A stretch of DNA of 24,799 nucleotides from a virus (lineage: Duplodnaviria; Caudoviricetes), in IMG/VR virus record IMGVR_UViG_3300047272_000198, positions 1 through 24,799 of that record; one strand, 5' to 3'. This document shows positions 8,884 through 17,307 of the stretch, one piece after another (within the stretch, counting starts at the first letter, position 1; each line of letters begins with the position of its first letter). Under the pieces are notes generated by a model, which did no database searches, was not told the origin of the DNA, and saw only the letters and a program-made list of their open reading frames with translations. The translations under genes and the position numbers were made by a program.

Positions 8884-11837
8884 TGAGCGGTCTATTCGGA
8901 AGCAAGTCACATCAAGGAAACAATCAGACCACGCCGATGGAAGTAAGTTTGCGCGTGCAGACTTCCGCCTATGGCATGGTGTTGCCGGTTGTTTATGGCC
9001 GCAATCGAGTGCCGGGCAATTTGATGTGGTATGGCGACTTCAAAGCCATTCCGCACACTACGTCGCAAGAAGTCGGCGGCAAAGGTGGCGGCGGCGGAAC
9101 GATCACAAACACAAGCTACACCTACACCACATCGTTCGCCTTTGGTTTGTGCGAAGGCGCAATCAATCAGATTGGCACGGTATGGCGCGACAAAGAAGTC
9201 ATCACCGGCAATAATAATTTCATGGTCATGGAAGGGTCGATGTTCCAAAACCCTTGGCCTTACCTGACATCGAAGCATCCCGACCAAGCGCTCTCTTATC
9301 GCGGCGTAGCCTATGCAGCCGCCAGCAACTACGATCTTGGCGCATCAAGCAGTTTGCAGAATCACTCGTTCGAGATATTCGGCAAGCTGTCATTCGACAA
9401 CATCGACAATGGCGACATCAAGCTGCCATTTGCGCTGACCGACTACCTAACAAACAAGGTGTACGGCGCAGCGCTGGATACCGCTTACGTTGATTCGTGG
9501 GAATCGTGGAAGGTATACAGCCAAGCAGCGGGATTGTTTTTCTCTCCAGTCTTTCAAGCGTCTACGCAAGCCGCTGAAACGCTCACGCTCGCAGCAAAGC
9601 TAACCAACACCGGCATCTATTTTTCAGAGGGCAAAATCAAGGCAGTGCCGTATGGCGATTCAGAGATAACAGGCAACGGCGAAACCTACACACCCAATCT
9701 CACGCCACTCTACGAGATTACCGACGAGGACTTTATTGCGGACGGCGATGACCCCGTTCATGTAAAGCGCGGCTCAATTGCCGATGCCTACAATCAAGTG
9801 CAAGTCGAATTCGTGAACCGCGCCAACGGTTACAACGTTGAGGTTGCAGAGGCAAAAGATCAAGGAAGCATCGATGTGTACGGACTGCGCACGATGGAAG
9901 AAATCAAGTGCCATTGGATTACGTCAGCGTCCGTAGCTCGCAACGTAGCGCAGCAAATCTTGCAACGCGCTATGTATATCCGCAATACCTATGAGTTCAA
10001 ACTCGGTATGCGGTATTGCTTACTCGAGCCAACCGACTACATCACGATCACTGACAGCCGCATTGGACTGATAGACAAGCCAGTTCGAATCACGCGCATC
10101 AACGAAGAAGAAAACGGCACATTCTCTATTCAAGCTGAGGATGCACCAAATGGCGTGTTCAGCACCGCTGCGTATCCATCGGCGGGCGGTCAAGGCCACA
10201 ACAACGACTACGGCGTTAATCCTGACAACACCAATCAGCCGGTGATATTCGAGCCGCCAGCCGCGCTAGTAAGCAACAGCCTAGAGGTGTGGCTTGGCGT
10301 ATCCGGCCAGAACAATTGGGGCGGTTGTCAGGTATGGGTGTCATACGATGACGCGAGCTATACGTTGCTCACTACCGTTCTTGGCAGCTCACGACAAGGT
10401 GTACTGACAGCACCGCTTGCAACTGGAGAGCCAGTCGATACAGACAACACGCTCTCAGTCGATCTGTCGATGAGCAACTCGCAAATTCAATCTGTATCAA
10501 CGGTGGACGCAAGAGCGTATTCAACTCTGTCTTACGTTGACGGCGAGCTGCTGGCGTACCGCGACGTTGATTTGACTGCGCCGTATGAATACGACGTGAC
10601 TTATTTGCTTCGCGGTTTGTATGGCTCAGACATTTCCAGCCATAACAGCGGCACGCAGTACATGCGCTTGGATGGAAGCCTCTCCAAAATTCCATTCACC
10701 CCCGACAAGATTGGCAAGACGTTGTATGTGAAGCTGCCAGCGTTCAATCAATACGGACAGGCGCAACAGCAATTGTCTGACGTGCCGCCTTATCTCTACA
10801 CGATCAAGGGCAACGCGGCCAGATCGCCGCTTCCCGACATTACAAACTTGCAGACCAACTTCAACAATTACGTTGGCGGCTTGTCGATGCTGTATTGGGA
10901 CGAGGTTATCGATTTCCGTCAGCCATTGGTCGACTACGAGGTTCGCTTTGGCGCAACGTGGCACAACTCGCAAGTGCTTGGTCACGTTAAGGACACAAAA
11001 TTTACCGCTATATCCAAAGGCAGGTATTGGGTGTCTGCGCACTATCTGACGGAGAACGGAACAAAAAGCATCTACTCCGATAATCCCGCAAGCATCGACA
11101 TTGAAGAAACGGCGCTCGCGTCTAACGTCATCGCTAGTTGGAGTGAAGCAGATACATTCTGGCAAGGGTCAATGACGACCGGCATCGTCATTGAGGACAA
11201 CATTCTGCAATTTGAACAATCCGGCGGCGTGTACACGGAAAACTCTGGTATCTACACACTGCCACCAGAACACACTATCGACGTAGGCAACGTCACGCTC
11301 TGCAATCTGCTAATTGACTACGACTACAGCGGCGTTGCACTAGCCAACAATATCCTTGCGGTTGAGGATGTGTACGTCATGGACGACATTCTCGACATCT
11401 CGCTTGGCGAGCTAGTGTCGGTCACGCCGCAATTTTCAATTGCAGGAGAGGACGAGGTATATAGCGACTGGAAGAACTTTGTTCCCGGCTATTACAACGG
11501 TCGATACTTCAAGGCGCGATTCTTGGTGAATAGCAGATCGCCATTCGTCACGCCAGCGGTGACTGATTTTGTCCTGTCGATTGACGCACCAGATCGCGTC
11601 GATACAGGCTCAATCTCTTTGCCGGACACCGGCGGTTCAGTCGTCTACAACAAGCCATTCAACGGCGGCAACGCTGGCACTGGCTATCCATCCGTCTTGG
11701 GTTCGATTGTCAATGCTGGCTCCGGCGAAACACTGCAAATCACGAATCAAACTGTCTATGGCTTTACGGCGCAGGTAGTCAATTCAAACAACGTTGGCGT
11801 GGCTCGAACGGTCAATTGGGTATCACAAGGTTATTAA
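8883..11837 (+). CDS. Large tail-tip / host-specificity protein (gpJ / GTA megatron-like)
   Basis: 984 aa with N-terminal QTSAYGMVLPVVYGRNRVPGNLMW and internal YLLRGLYGS and YVKLPAFNQYG. Synteny agrees. Confidence 0.88.
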   Translation: MSGLFGSKSHQGNNQTTPMEVSLRVQTSAYGMVLPVVYGRNRVPGNLMWYGDFKAIPHTTSQEVGGKGGGGGTITNTSYTYTTSFAFGLCEGAINQIGTVWRDKEVITGNNNFMVMEGSMFQNPWPYLTSKHPDQALSYRGVAYAAASNYDLGASSSLQNHSFEIFGKLSFDNIDNGDIKLPFALTDYLTNKVYGAALDTAYVDSWESWKVYSQAAGLFFSPVFQASTQAAETLTLAAKLTNTGIYFSEGKIKAVPYGDSEITGNGETYTPNLTPLYEITDEDFIADGDDPVHVKRGSIADAYNQVQVEFVNRANGYNVEVAEAKDQGSIDVYGLRTMEEIKCHWITSASVARNVAQQILQRAMYIRNTYEFKLGMRYCLLEPTDYITITDSRIGLIDKPVRITRINEEENGTFSIQAEDAPNGVFSTAAYPSAGGQGHNNDYGVNPDNTNQPVIFEPPAALVSNSLEVWLGVSGQNNWGGCQVWVSYDDASYTLLTTVLGSSRQGVLTAPLATGEPVDTDNTLSVDLSMSNSQIQSVSTVDARAYSTLSYVDGELLAYRDVDLTAPYEYDVTYLLRGLYGSDISSHNSGTQYMRLDGSLSKIPFTPDKIGKTLYVKLPAFNQYGQAQQQLSDVPPYLYTIKGNAARSPLPDITNLQTNFNNYVGGLSMLYWDEVIDFRQPLVDYEVRFGATWHNSQVLGHVKDTKFTAISKGRYWVSAHYLTENGTKSIYSDNPASIDIEETALASNVIASWSEADTFWQGSMTTGIVIEDNILQFEQSGGVYTENSGIYTLPPEHTIDVGNVTLCNLLIDYDYSGVALANNILAVEDVYVMDDILDISLGELVSVTPQFSIAGEDEVYSDWKNFVPGYYNGRYFKARFLVNSRSPFVTPAVTDFVLSIDAPDRVDTGSISLPDTGGSVVYNKPFNGGNAGTGYPSVLGSIVNAGSGETLQITNQTVYGFTAQVVNSNNVGVARTVNWVSQGY

Positions 11838-11846
11838 GGGGCAACT

Positions 11847-12785
11847 ATGTCACAACAAACACTCATCATTCCAACAAGCGACCCGCTCTCCGGCCTTGGC
11901 TTGGTTGACTACATCAATGGCGGTTTCGCAAGGCTGCAAAGCAATACGAGCGGCGCGGGCGACCCTGCTGTTGCAGCGGGCGGCGTACCGTCGTTCAGCT
12001 TGTGGATGGACACAAGCGTCAATCCGCCAATCCTCAAGATGCGCAACGCGGCAAACTCCGCTTGGTCGAACATTGGCACGCTGAGTGGCAACACATTCCA
12101 GCCAATCAATGTCGGCGTAAGCAGTGTCTCGGGTGGAGCCGGTATTGCTGTTGTCGGAACAACGACCCCAACGATTTCGCTTGATGAGGGCGCAAGCGTT
12201 CGCTTTGAGTCGCTAGGTGTTGGCGCAAACGCTCCGGTAAGCGGCGCTGTAATCGCTGGCAACCTGCAACTCTCGAGCGGCAGCATATCGGTTGCCTCTG
12301 GTGGCGTTTCAGTCAACGGCGGCAACATAGCGCTGACCACTGGCAACGTTGCAGTTTCAGGCGGTAACGTCACCGTCACCAACGGCAACATATCAGTCAC
12401 GAACGGCAGCATTAGTGGCGCAACGGCGGCCGCAAAGACCAGCGACACGACGATGGCGACAACTGCATTTGTAGACAGGATGCGTTCGTTGTCTGCACCA
12501 TCAACCGCAAGTACCGGCGGCACTGCTGTTGTTGGTGATCGCGGCGCGTTGCTGACTGTAACCGGCGGCGTAACCATTCCAGCAAACGTATTCGCAGCAA
12601 ACGATACGTTTTCTATCATCAACAACTCGTCATCGAACATCACAATCACGCAAGGCTCAGGCTTCACGTTGCGCCAAGCCGGTACATCTAATACTGGCAA
12701 CCGCACGCTCGCGCAGCGCGGACTTGCAACCGTTGCATTTGTGTCGGCAACCGAAGCGGTGATTACCGGCGGGGGCTTAACCTAA
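11847..12785 (+). CDS. Short tail fibre / adaptor protein
   Basis: Gly/Ser/Thr-rich 312 aa protein with a fibre-like N-terminus (LWMDTSVNPPILKMRNAANSAW), 7-aa GN[IV]x[VL]xx repeats, a MATTAFV motif and a C-terminal beta domain. Confidence 0.8.
   Translation: MSQQTLIIPTSDPLSGLGLVDYINGGFARLQSNTSGAGDPAVAAGGVPSFSLWMDTSVNPPILKMRNAANSAWSNIGTLSGNTFQPINVGVSSVSGGAGIAVVGTTTPTISLDEGASVRFESLGVGANAPVSGAVIAGNLQLSSGSISVASGGVSVNGGNIALTTGNVAVSGGNVTVTNGNISVTNGSISGATAAAKTSDTTMATTAFVDRMRSLSAPSTASTGGTAVVGDRGALLTVTGGVTIPANVFAANDTFSIINNSSSNITITQGSGFTLRQAGTSNTGNRTLAQRGLATVAFVSATEAVITGGGLT
12258..12419 (+). repeat. About 8 tandem 7-aa repeats in the tail fibre
   Basis: GNLQLSS GSISVAS GGVSVNG GNIALTT GNVAVSG GNVTVTN GNISVTN GSISG. 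Confidence 0.8.
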
Positions 12786-13768
12786 TGGCCGGAATACATA
12801 ACATTCTGGTCGGAAATGGCGGCGGCGATCCGCGCTATTTCAATGGCAAAGGTTTTTACCCTCCGGGGCAAACGCCTAACAACTCCGCCACGTCGGTTAT
12901 AGCGAGCATCAATTTCGCAAACGATACGGTAAACACGCCAATTACATTCATAGCTTCGGCTAATTGGCGGGCTTGGAGTGCGGTGCAAACAATTAAGGGC
13001 TACATACATAACGGGTCGGACATCAACATAGAAAGTCCGGTAACTCCGTTGCGCCGACAAGACCTGCTCACCAATTCAATTTCGATGGTGTCGTCAACGT
13101 ATTTTCCGATTGGTCGTGTTGCCGGTACTGCGCTTAATTCGCCAACGAACGGCTACATAATACTTGGCTACACTTGCTATTACACAGTACCCGGCGGTGA
13201 CTCCTGTAATTTTGCTACTGAGGCAAGAACAGCGATGGCCGAAACCGCAAACTATCTAAACCTTGCAAGGTTTGAGGAAGGCGGGAACAGCGACACTAAT
13301 GGCTATGTACGAGGCAGCGGAGATTTACGAAACAACTTTGGTAATGTATGTCGATACAACTTTGCAACAAACACATCGACACCACTTAGCACAGCCATGC
13401 GCTCGAATCAGTGGGGTGTGCATGCTTACGATTGGGCAGGATACAACTCCAAGACGGCGTTTTACTCTGGCGGCGGCGGACAAAACTTACTTGGCTACGC
13501 AAATGTCGACTACATGCCGTTTGCGACGGAAACGGTTGGCTACAACATTGCGTCATTTCCATCAACACGCGCTTTCCACTCCTGCACGAATTCGGTAGCT
13601 AAAGGCTATTCGGCTGGCGGCTATAATAATGGCTTTAACATTGGCGCTATGTTTACCGACTGCCAAGCGCACGATTTTGCTACCAACACAATGGCAACAA
13701 TTAGCGCAGTGTTTGCCATCAGTACAATCACTATGCGCCACGGCTATCAATCAGGGGGGATGTTGTGA
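12785..13768 (+). CDS. Putative 6-bladed beta-propeller (Kelch-like) receptor-binding / virion protein
   Basis: Six roughly 50-aa repeats with NSxx[KN]GY..G and [ND]FAT[NE]T motifs. Asn/Gly/aromatic rich. TAATG overlap with the fibre gene. Confidence 0.65.
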   Translation: MAGIHNILVGNGGGDPRYFNGKGFYPPGQTPNNSATSVIASINFANDTVNTPITFIASANWRAWSAVQTIKGYIHNGSDINIESPVTPLRRQDLLTNSISMVSSTYFPIGRVAGTALNSPTNGYIILGYTCYYTVPGGDSCNFATEARTAMAETANYLNLARFEEGGNSDTNGYVRGSGDLRNNFGNVCRYNFATNTSTPLSTAMRSNQWGVHAYDWAGYNSKTAFYSGGGGQNLLGYANVDYMPFATETVGYNIASFPSTRAFHSCTNSVAKGYSAGGYNNGFNIGAMFTDCQAHDFATNTMATISAVFAISTITMRHGYQSGGML

Positions 13769-14403
13769 CAAATACAACCGCAGTGACCGTTAATAACGTG
13801 AGAGATGTTTTGGACGAAATCCATGAGGCGTTCTACGACATTCCTTTCGAGAATTCTGCGTTTCAGACAGAAGCGTTTGTCATTGCGGCTGCAATAACGC
13901 CTGAGCGAGCCTATCGCCAAATTGGATTGCAGATGATTACCAAGCTGCAATCAATGCTTGCTTTTCGTGAGCAAGAAGAAATTGCTCAGATTGACATGGA
14001 CGAGCAGCAATCAATTATCAACGACCCCGCCACATCAGAATTTGATCGTAGACGAGCGCAAGTCAAACTGAGAAACATGCGCTTGAACGACAAGTACAAG
14101 CACAAGCTGATTAACGACGGCGTTCAAGAATTGAATCTCTTGTACAGTCATTTGAAGCGCTACCCAAAATACACCCGCGAACAATTTGAGTCTGCGGAAC
14201 GCGAGCATTATGAAAGACGACTAGTGCGTCAAGTGCAAGGCGCGACGGGCGCGTTAGAAGCAATCGTCAATATGCGCGAGGACATGAAGGCGCTTGACGA
14301 GTACACAGACAAGATCAAGGCACTAGGCGGAGAGGTATCGTCCGACACTCTACTTGCCTTGCTAAATGAAATGCCAAACCGTCTCGAGGAGCCAAAGCGA
14401 TGA
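13765..14403 (+). CDS. Hypothetical alpha-helical / coiled-coil protein (possible chaperone for the upstream propeller)
   Basis: GTGA overlap, 212 aa, charged helical composition with a TPERAYRQIGLQ motif. Confidence 0.6.
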   Translation: MTNTTAVTVNNVRDVLDEIHEAFYDIPFENSAFQTEAFVIAAAITPERAYRQIGLQMITKLQSMLAFREQEEIAQIDMDEQQSIINDPATSEFDRRRAQVKLRNMRLNDKYKHKLINDGVQELNLLYSHLKRYPKYTREQFESAEREHYERRLVRQVQGATGALEAIVNMREDMKALDEYTDKIKALGGEVSSDTLLALLNEMPNRLEEPKR

Positions 14404-14996
14404 TAGGAACAGAAGGCATTGCGCTCCGATACATCAATCCTTATTCGGGGCAATCAGTCACAGTCGTTGGAAACAAGCAAGTTGCCACTACGCAAGAGCT
14501 GGCGCAGCACAATGTTCCGCATGGCGTTGAGTATGAAGTGCTGCCAAAGGACGAGGCGCTAGGCGAGAATGTGCCAGTGCGAGAGCTGCATGTAACCAAA
14601 GATGGCGGATTTTCTGACGCGGGTACGATACGTCACCAGCTCGGGTACTTCGGCAACATTTGGGTTCGACAAAACTACATTCCTAAAGCTGGCGTTTCAT
14701 CTATCGGCCACACGCATCACTTCGATCATGTGTCTTTACTTGTTCAAGGGCGCGTGCTTGTTGAGGTAGACGGCTGCGAGCCTAAAGAGTTTACAGCGCC
14801 GACATTCATCATCATCAAGAAAGAGTACAAGCACAAATTTACCGCGCTTGAGGATGGTGCGCTTTGGTTTTGCGTGTTTGCGCTGCGAGACGAAAACGGC
14901 GATGTAACCGATGTGTATAGCGGCGACAATAGCCCATACGGAATCGCGTCATTGAAAGGCTTAAAAGCAATTGAGGAAATGACCGATGAGACTTAG
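14400..14996 (+). CDS. Cupin-domain protein with an extra N-terminal segment
   Basis: Cupin metal motif GHTHHFDHVSLLVQG ... HKFTALED. ATGA overlap. Confidence 0.75.
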   Translation: MIGTEGIALRYINPYSGQSVTVVGNKQVATTQELAQHNVPHGVEYEVLPKDEALGENVPVRELHVTKDGGFSDAGTIRHQLGYFGNIWVRQNYIPKAGVSSIGHTHHFDHVSLLVQGRVLVEVDGCEPKEFTAPTFIIIKKEYKHKFTALEDGALWFCVFALRDENGDVTDVYSGDNSPYGIASLKGLKAIEEMTDET

Positions 14997-15537
14997 CGAG
15001 CCATTTATCAAGATGATGACCGCTGACGTGTCAGCGCTTGCCGCATTGTGCGATTCCGCCGATTGCGATTGGGATGCGTGGGATTTTCGTCAGAAGAAGT
15101 TTCCGCCGCACCGTAGCACAAGAACCGTACCGTTTTTGTTCTTGCAGAACTCAATTCACCCCTCTGAGCAAAACCTAATTGAAGGCTTCCAACAAACGCC
15201 GCTACTGCAAAGCGCGGTTGGAAGTTGCATAGCGCCATTGATGGAATTGTTCGGCGCGAACTCGTATCCCGTCAAACTGATGCTGGCAAAAGTGCTTGCA
15301 CACGGAGTCATTCCAAAGCACGTCGACAGTGGTGTAACGCTTGAGCTTGTGCATCGATGCCACCTGCCGATCATAACGAATGAGGACGTAGAGTTTGAGA
15401 TTGACGGCGCTGTCAATTACTTCGCCGCCGGTCAATGGATTGAGATTGATAATCAGCGAACGCATAGCGTGCGCAATAACTCAGAGGTTGATCGAGTGCA
15501 TTTGATTTGCGATGTGTATGTAAAAAACGCTTTTTAA
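14986..15537 (+). CDS. Aspartyl/asparaginyl beta-hydroxylase family 2OG-Fe(II) dioxygenase
   Basis: HxD (IPKHVD), RCHLPIITN, distal His (THSVRN) and the 2OG-binding Arg (DRVHLICD). Confidence 0.85.
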   Translation: MRLSEPFIKMMTADVSALAALCDSADCDWDAWDFRQKKFPPHRSTRTVPFLFLQNSIHPSEQNLIEGFQQTPLLQSAVGSCIAPLMELFGANSYPVKLMLAKVLAHGVIPKHVDSGVTLELVHRCHLPIITNEDVEFEIDGAVNYFAAGQWIEIDNQRTHSVRNNSEVDRVHLICDVYVKNAF

Positions 15538-15580
15538 TTCGGCTATCACGGCTACCAAAAAGGACTGAAAGGAAGTGAAA

Positions 15581-15862
15581 ATGGACGGCGATGTACTGAC
15601 AAAACTTGGTGGTGGCCTCGTCGCCATTGGAACGGCAATTTACGCAGCAATGCGTATGGTCAAACGTGATCGCCGCGACGACAAGGTTGCTGGCATTACT
15701 GACGATGCAATGATGCAAGTGATTGCAACGTTGCGTGATGAAGTAGATCGCTTAACGAAACGACTGGAAGCGGTAGAAGAACAAAACCGTAGGTGCGAGG
15801 AGCGCAACGAATCACTGCACATCGAGCTGCTAGAGCTTAAAGCACGACTTCATATCGCGTGA
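15581..15862 (+). CDS. Small membrane protein (one N-terminal TM plus coiled coil), holin/antiholin-like
   Basis: Hydrophobic LGGGLVAIGTAIYAAM followed by a heptad-rich tail. An AAGGA RBS favours the ATG at 15581. First gene of the lysis region. Confidence 0.55.
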   Translation: MDGDVLTKLGGGLVAIGTAIYAAMRMVKRDRRDDKVAGITDDAMMQVIATLRDEVDRLTKRLEAVEEQNRRCEERNESLHIELLELKARLHIA

Positions 15863-15872
15863 AGGAGATGAA

Positions 15873-16499
15873 ATGGTCGACCCAGCATCAATCATGGCAG
15901 GAGCCGCTACCGCGAAGGCGGGGATAGCTGTCGGTCGAGCAGTCATGGGCAGCGTCAAAGACCTGTTCCATGAAGCCGAAGGCGCGATGAATGACTTTCG
16001 CGAGATGGCGGAAGCGGGCGTATCGGCTGCAACCGCGATGGGTTCGCTCATCAAGATTTTTACTGCGCAAGGAAAAATTCGCAGGACGATTGAAGAATCA
16101 AAGACACCGCCTGACGAGGATGACGAGAGCGGTTTGACCTACGAGCAGATTACGGCAATGGCGATGGAAGCCATGATGCACGACCGCAAGATGCGCGATT
16201 GGGAAAAAGAGATTAAGGATTACTTGATCTATAGCTTCAACGAGCCGGGGCTATATCAGCAGCTATGCGATCAACGCGATTCAATTGTGTATCGATTGAA
16301 CGAGAAGCAAGAAGCAAAACGACGCGCCGAGACTGAGCGTGTGTTGCAGATCAAACGAGTTGAAATGGAGAAGCGTCGCAAGTGGCGCAAGAAGGTAGAG
16401 CTGGTGCAAAGCATCGTTGCTGGCATCGTGATGGCAGCGGTGATCGTTGGGTTTGCATACGGCTTGTGGTGGATGTTTCAGATGGAAGGAAAGCTATGA
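15873..16499 (+). CDS. Hypothetical protein with C-terminal TM anchor
   Basis: AAGGAG RBS. Helical body, a basic patch, then IVAGIVMAAVIVGFAYGLWWMF. Confidence 0.65.
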   Translation: MVDPASIMAGAATAKAGIAVGRAVMGSVKDLFHEAEGAMNDFREMAEAGVSAATAMGSLIKIFTAQGKIRRTIEESKTPPDEDDESGLTYEQITAMAMEAMMHDRKMRDWEKEIKDYLIYSFNEPGLYQQLCDQRDSIVYRLNEKQEAKRRAETERVLQIKRVEMEKRRKWRKKVELVQSIVAGIVMAAVIVGFAYGLWWMFQMEGKL

Positions 16500-16822
16500 A
16501 AGAAATCAAAGACGCTCTCGAGCTAGATCAATCGCAAGACTACATGACAAAAACTTGGCGGCCGCAAATGGCAAAGACGTATCGCTGGATTTGCATATTC
16601 GATTTCATCCTGTTCCCGTTGATCTATTTCGCGGTGCAGTTCGATGAGTCGCAAGCGGCAAATGATGCGTTCCGTATCTGGCAGCCAATCACATTGCAAG
16701 GCGGTGCGTTCATTCATTTAGCGTTCGGTGCAATCCTCGGTATCTCGGCGTGGACACGCGGACAAGAAAAGATCGAAGCAATCAAAGCAGGGAGCAAAGA
16801 TGCCGAACCTAGCCCTACTTAA
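16496..16822 (+). CDS. Holin, GTA 3TM-holin-like family
   Basis: ATGA overlap start at 16496. Motifs WRPQMAKTYRWICIFDFILFP and WQPITLQGGAFIHLAFGAILGISAWTRGQEK. Confidence 0.7.
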   Translation: MKEIKDALELDQSQDYMTKTWRPQMAKTYRWICIFDFILFPLIYFAVQFDESQAANDAFRIWQPITLQGGAFIHLAFGAILGISAWTRGQEKIEAIKAGSKDAEPSPT

Positions 16823-17303
16823 ACTCGCTGCAATTGGTTTGTTGTTCGCGGGCGCGTTTGCGTTCGGCTGGTATCAAGGCTCGCTGTCCGTTGAGGCGGA
16901 ATGGAGCAAAGAGAAAGCAGAGATGAACGCTCGAGCAGCAGAGGAAATTGCAGACGCAAATGATCAAGTTCGGGCAATTGAACAACAGGCTGGCCGCAAT
17001 TTGTCAGCTATCACAGTGAGCTACGAAACACAATTAAGGAAAATCACCGATGAAAAAAATACTACTTTGCGCGATACTCGCAATAGCGGGCTGTTCATCA
17101 ACGCCAAGTGTCCAAGTGATAAGGACACCATGCCCAGTTCTTCCGCCACCGCCAGCGGCAGTGATGCAGAAACGCGAGTCAGACTTCCTGACGCGCTTGC
17201 TGAATCACTTATCTCCCTCGCCTCAGAAGCCGATGCCGTCACCGAGCAATTGACGGCGTGTCAGGCATTGGTAAACGCCGATCGTGCGGGATTGGGAAAT
17301 TGA
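16800..17303 (+). CDS. Rz: Rz-like inner-membrane spanin
   Basis: N-terminal TM (LAAIGLLFAGAFAFGWYQG), coiled coil, and C-terminal ASEADAVTEQLTACQ. GGAG RBS before ATG 16800. Confidence 0.85.
   Translation: MPNLALLKLAAIGLLFAGAFAFGWYQGSLSVEAEWSKEKAEMNARAAEEIADANDQVRAIEQQAGRNLSAITVSYETQLRKITDEKNTTLRDTRNSGLFINAKCPSDKDTMPSSSATASGSDAETRVRLPDALAESLISLASEADAVTEQLTACQALVNADRAGLGN
17050..17253 (+). CDS. Rz1: Rz1-like outer-membrane lipoprotein spanin, embedded in Rz (+1 frame)
   Basis: MKKILLCAILAIAG|C lipobox and a Pro-rich mature part (CPVLPPPPA). AAGGA RBS lies inside Rz. Confidence 0.85.
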   Translation: MKKILLCAILAIAGCSSTPSVQVIRTPCPVLPPPPAAVMQKRESDFLTRLLNHLSPSPQKPMPSPSN

Positions 17304-17307
17304 GGTA

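Noticed and set aside
6942-11837. Gene transfer agent cluster
   Set aside because: The tail-tip genes are RcGTA-like, but integrase, xis, attP and replication genes indicate a true temperate phage.
11909-12706. 265-aa antisense ORF (and similar ones at 4425..4961, 5085..5621, 10626..11165 and 21890..22474)
   Set aside because: These are shadow ORFs opposite well-supported genes, explained by codon bias. They have no recognisable motifs.
11847-15537. Diversity-generating retroelement acting on the fibre or propeller
   Set aside because: There is no reverse transcriptase ORF, and I saw no TR/VR repeat pair differing at adenines in this window.
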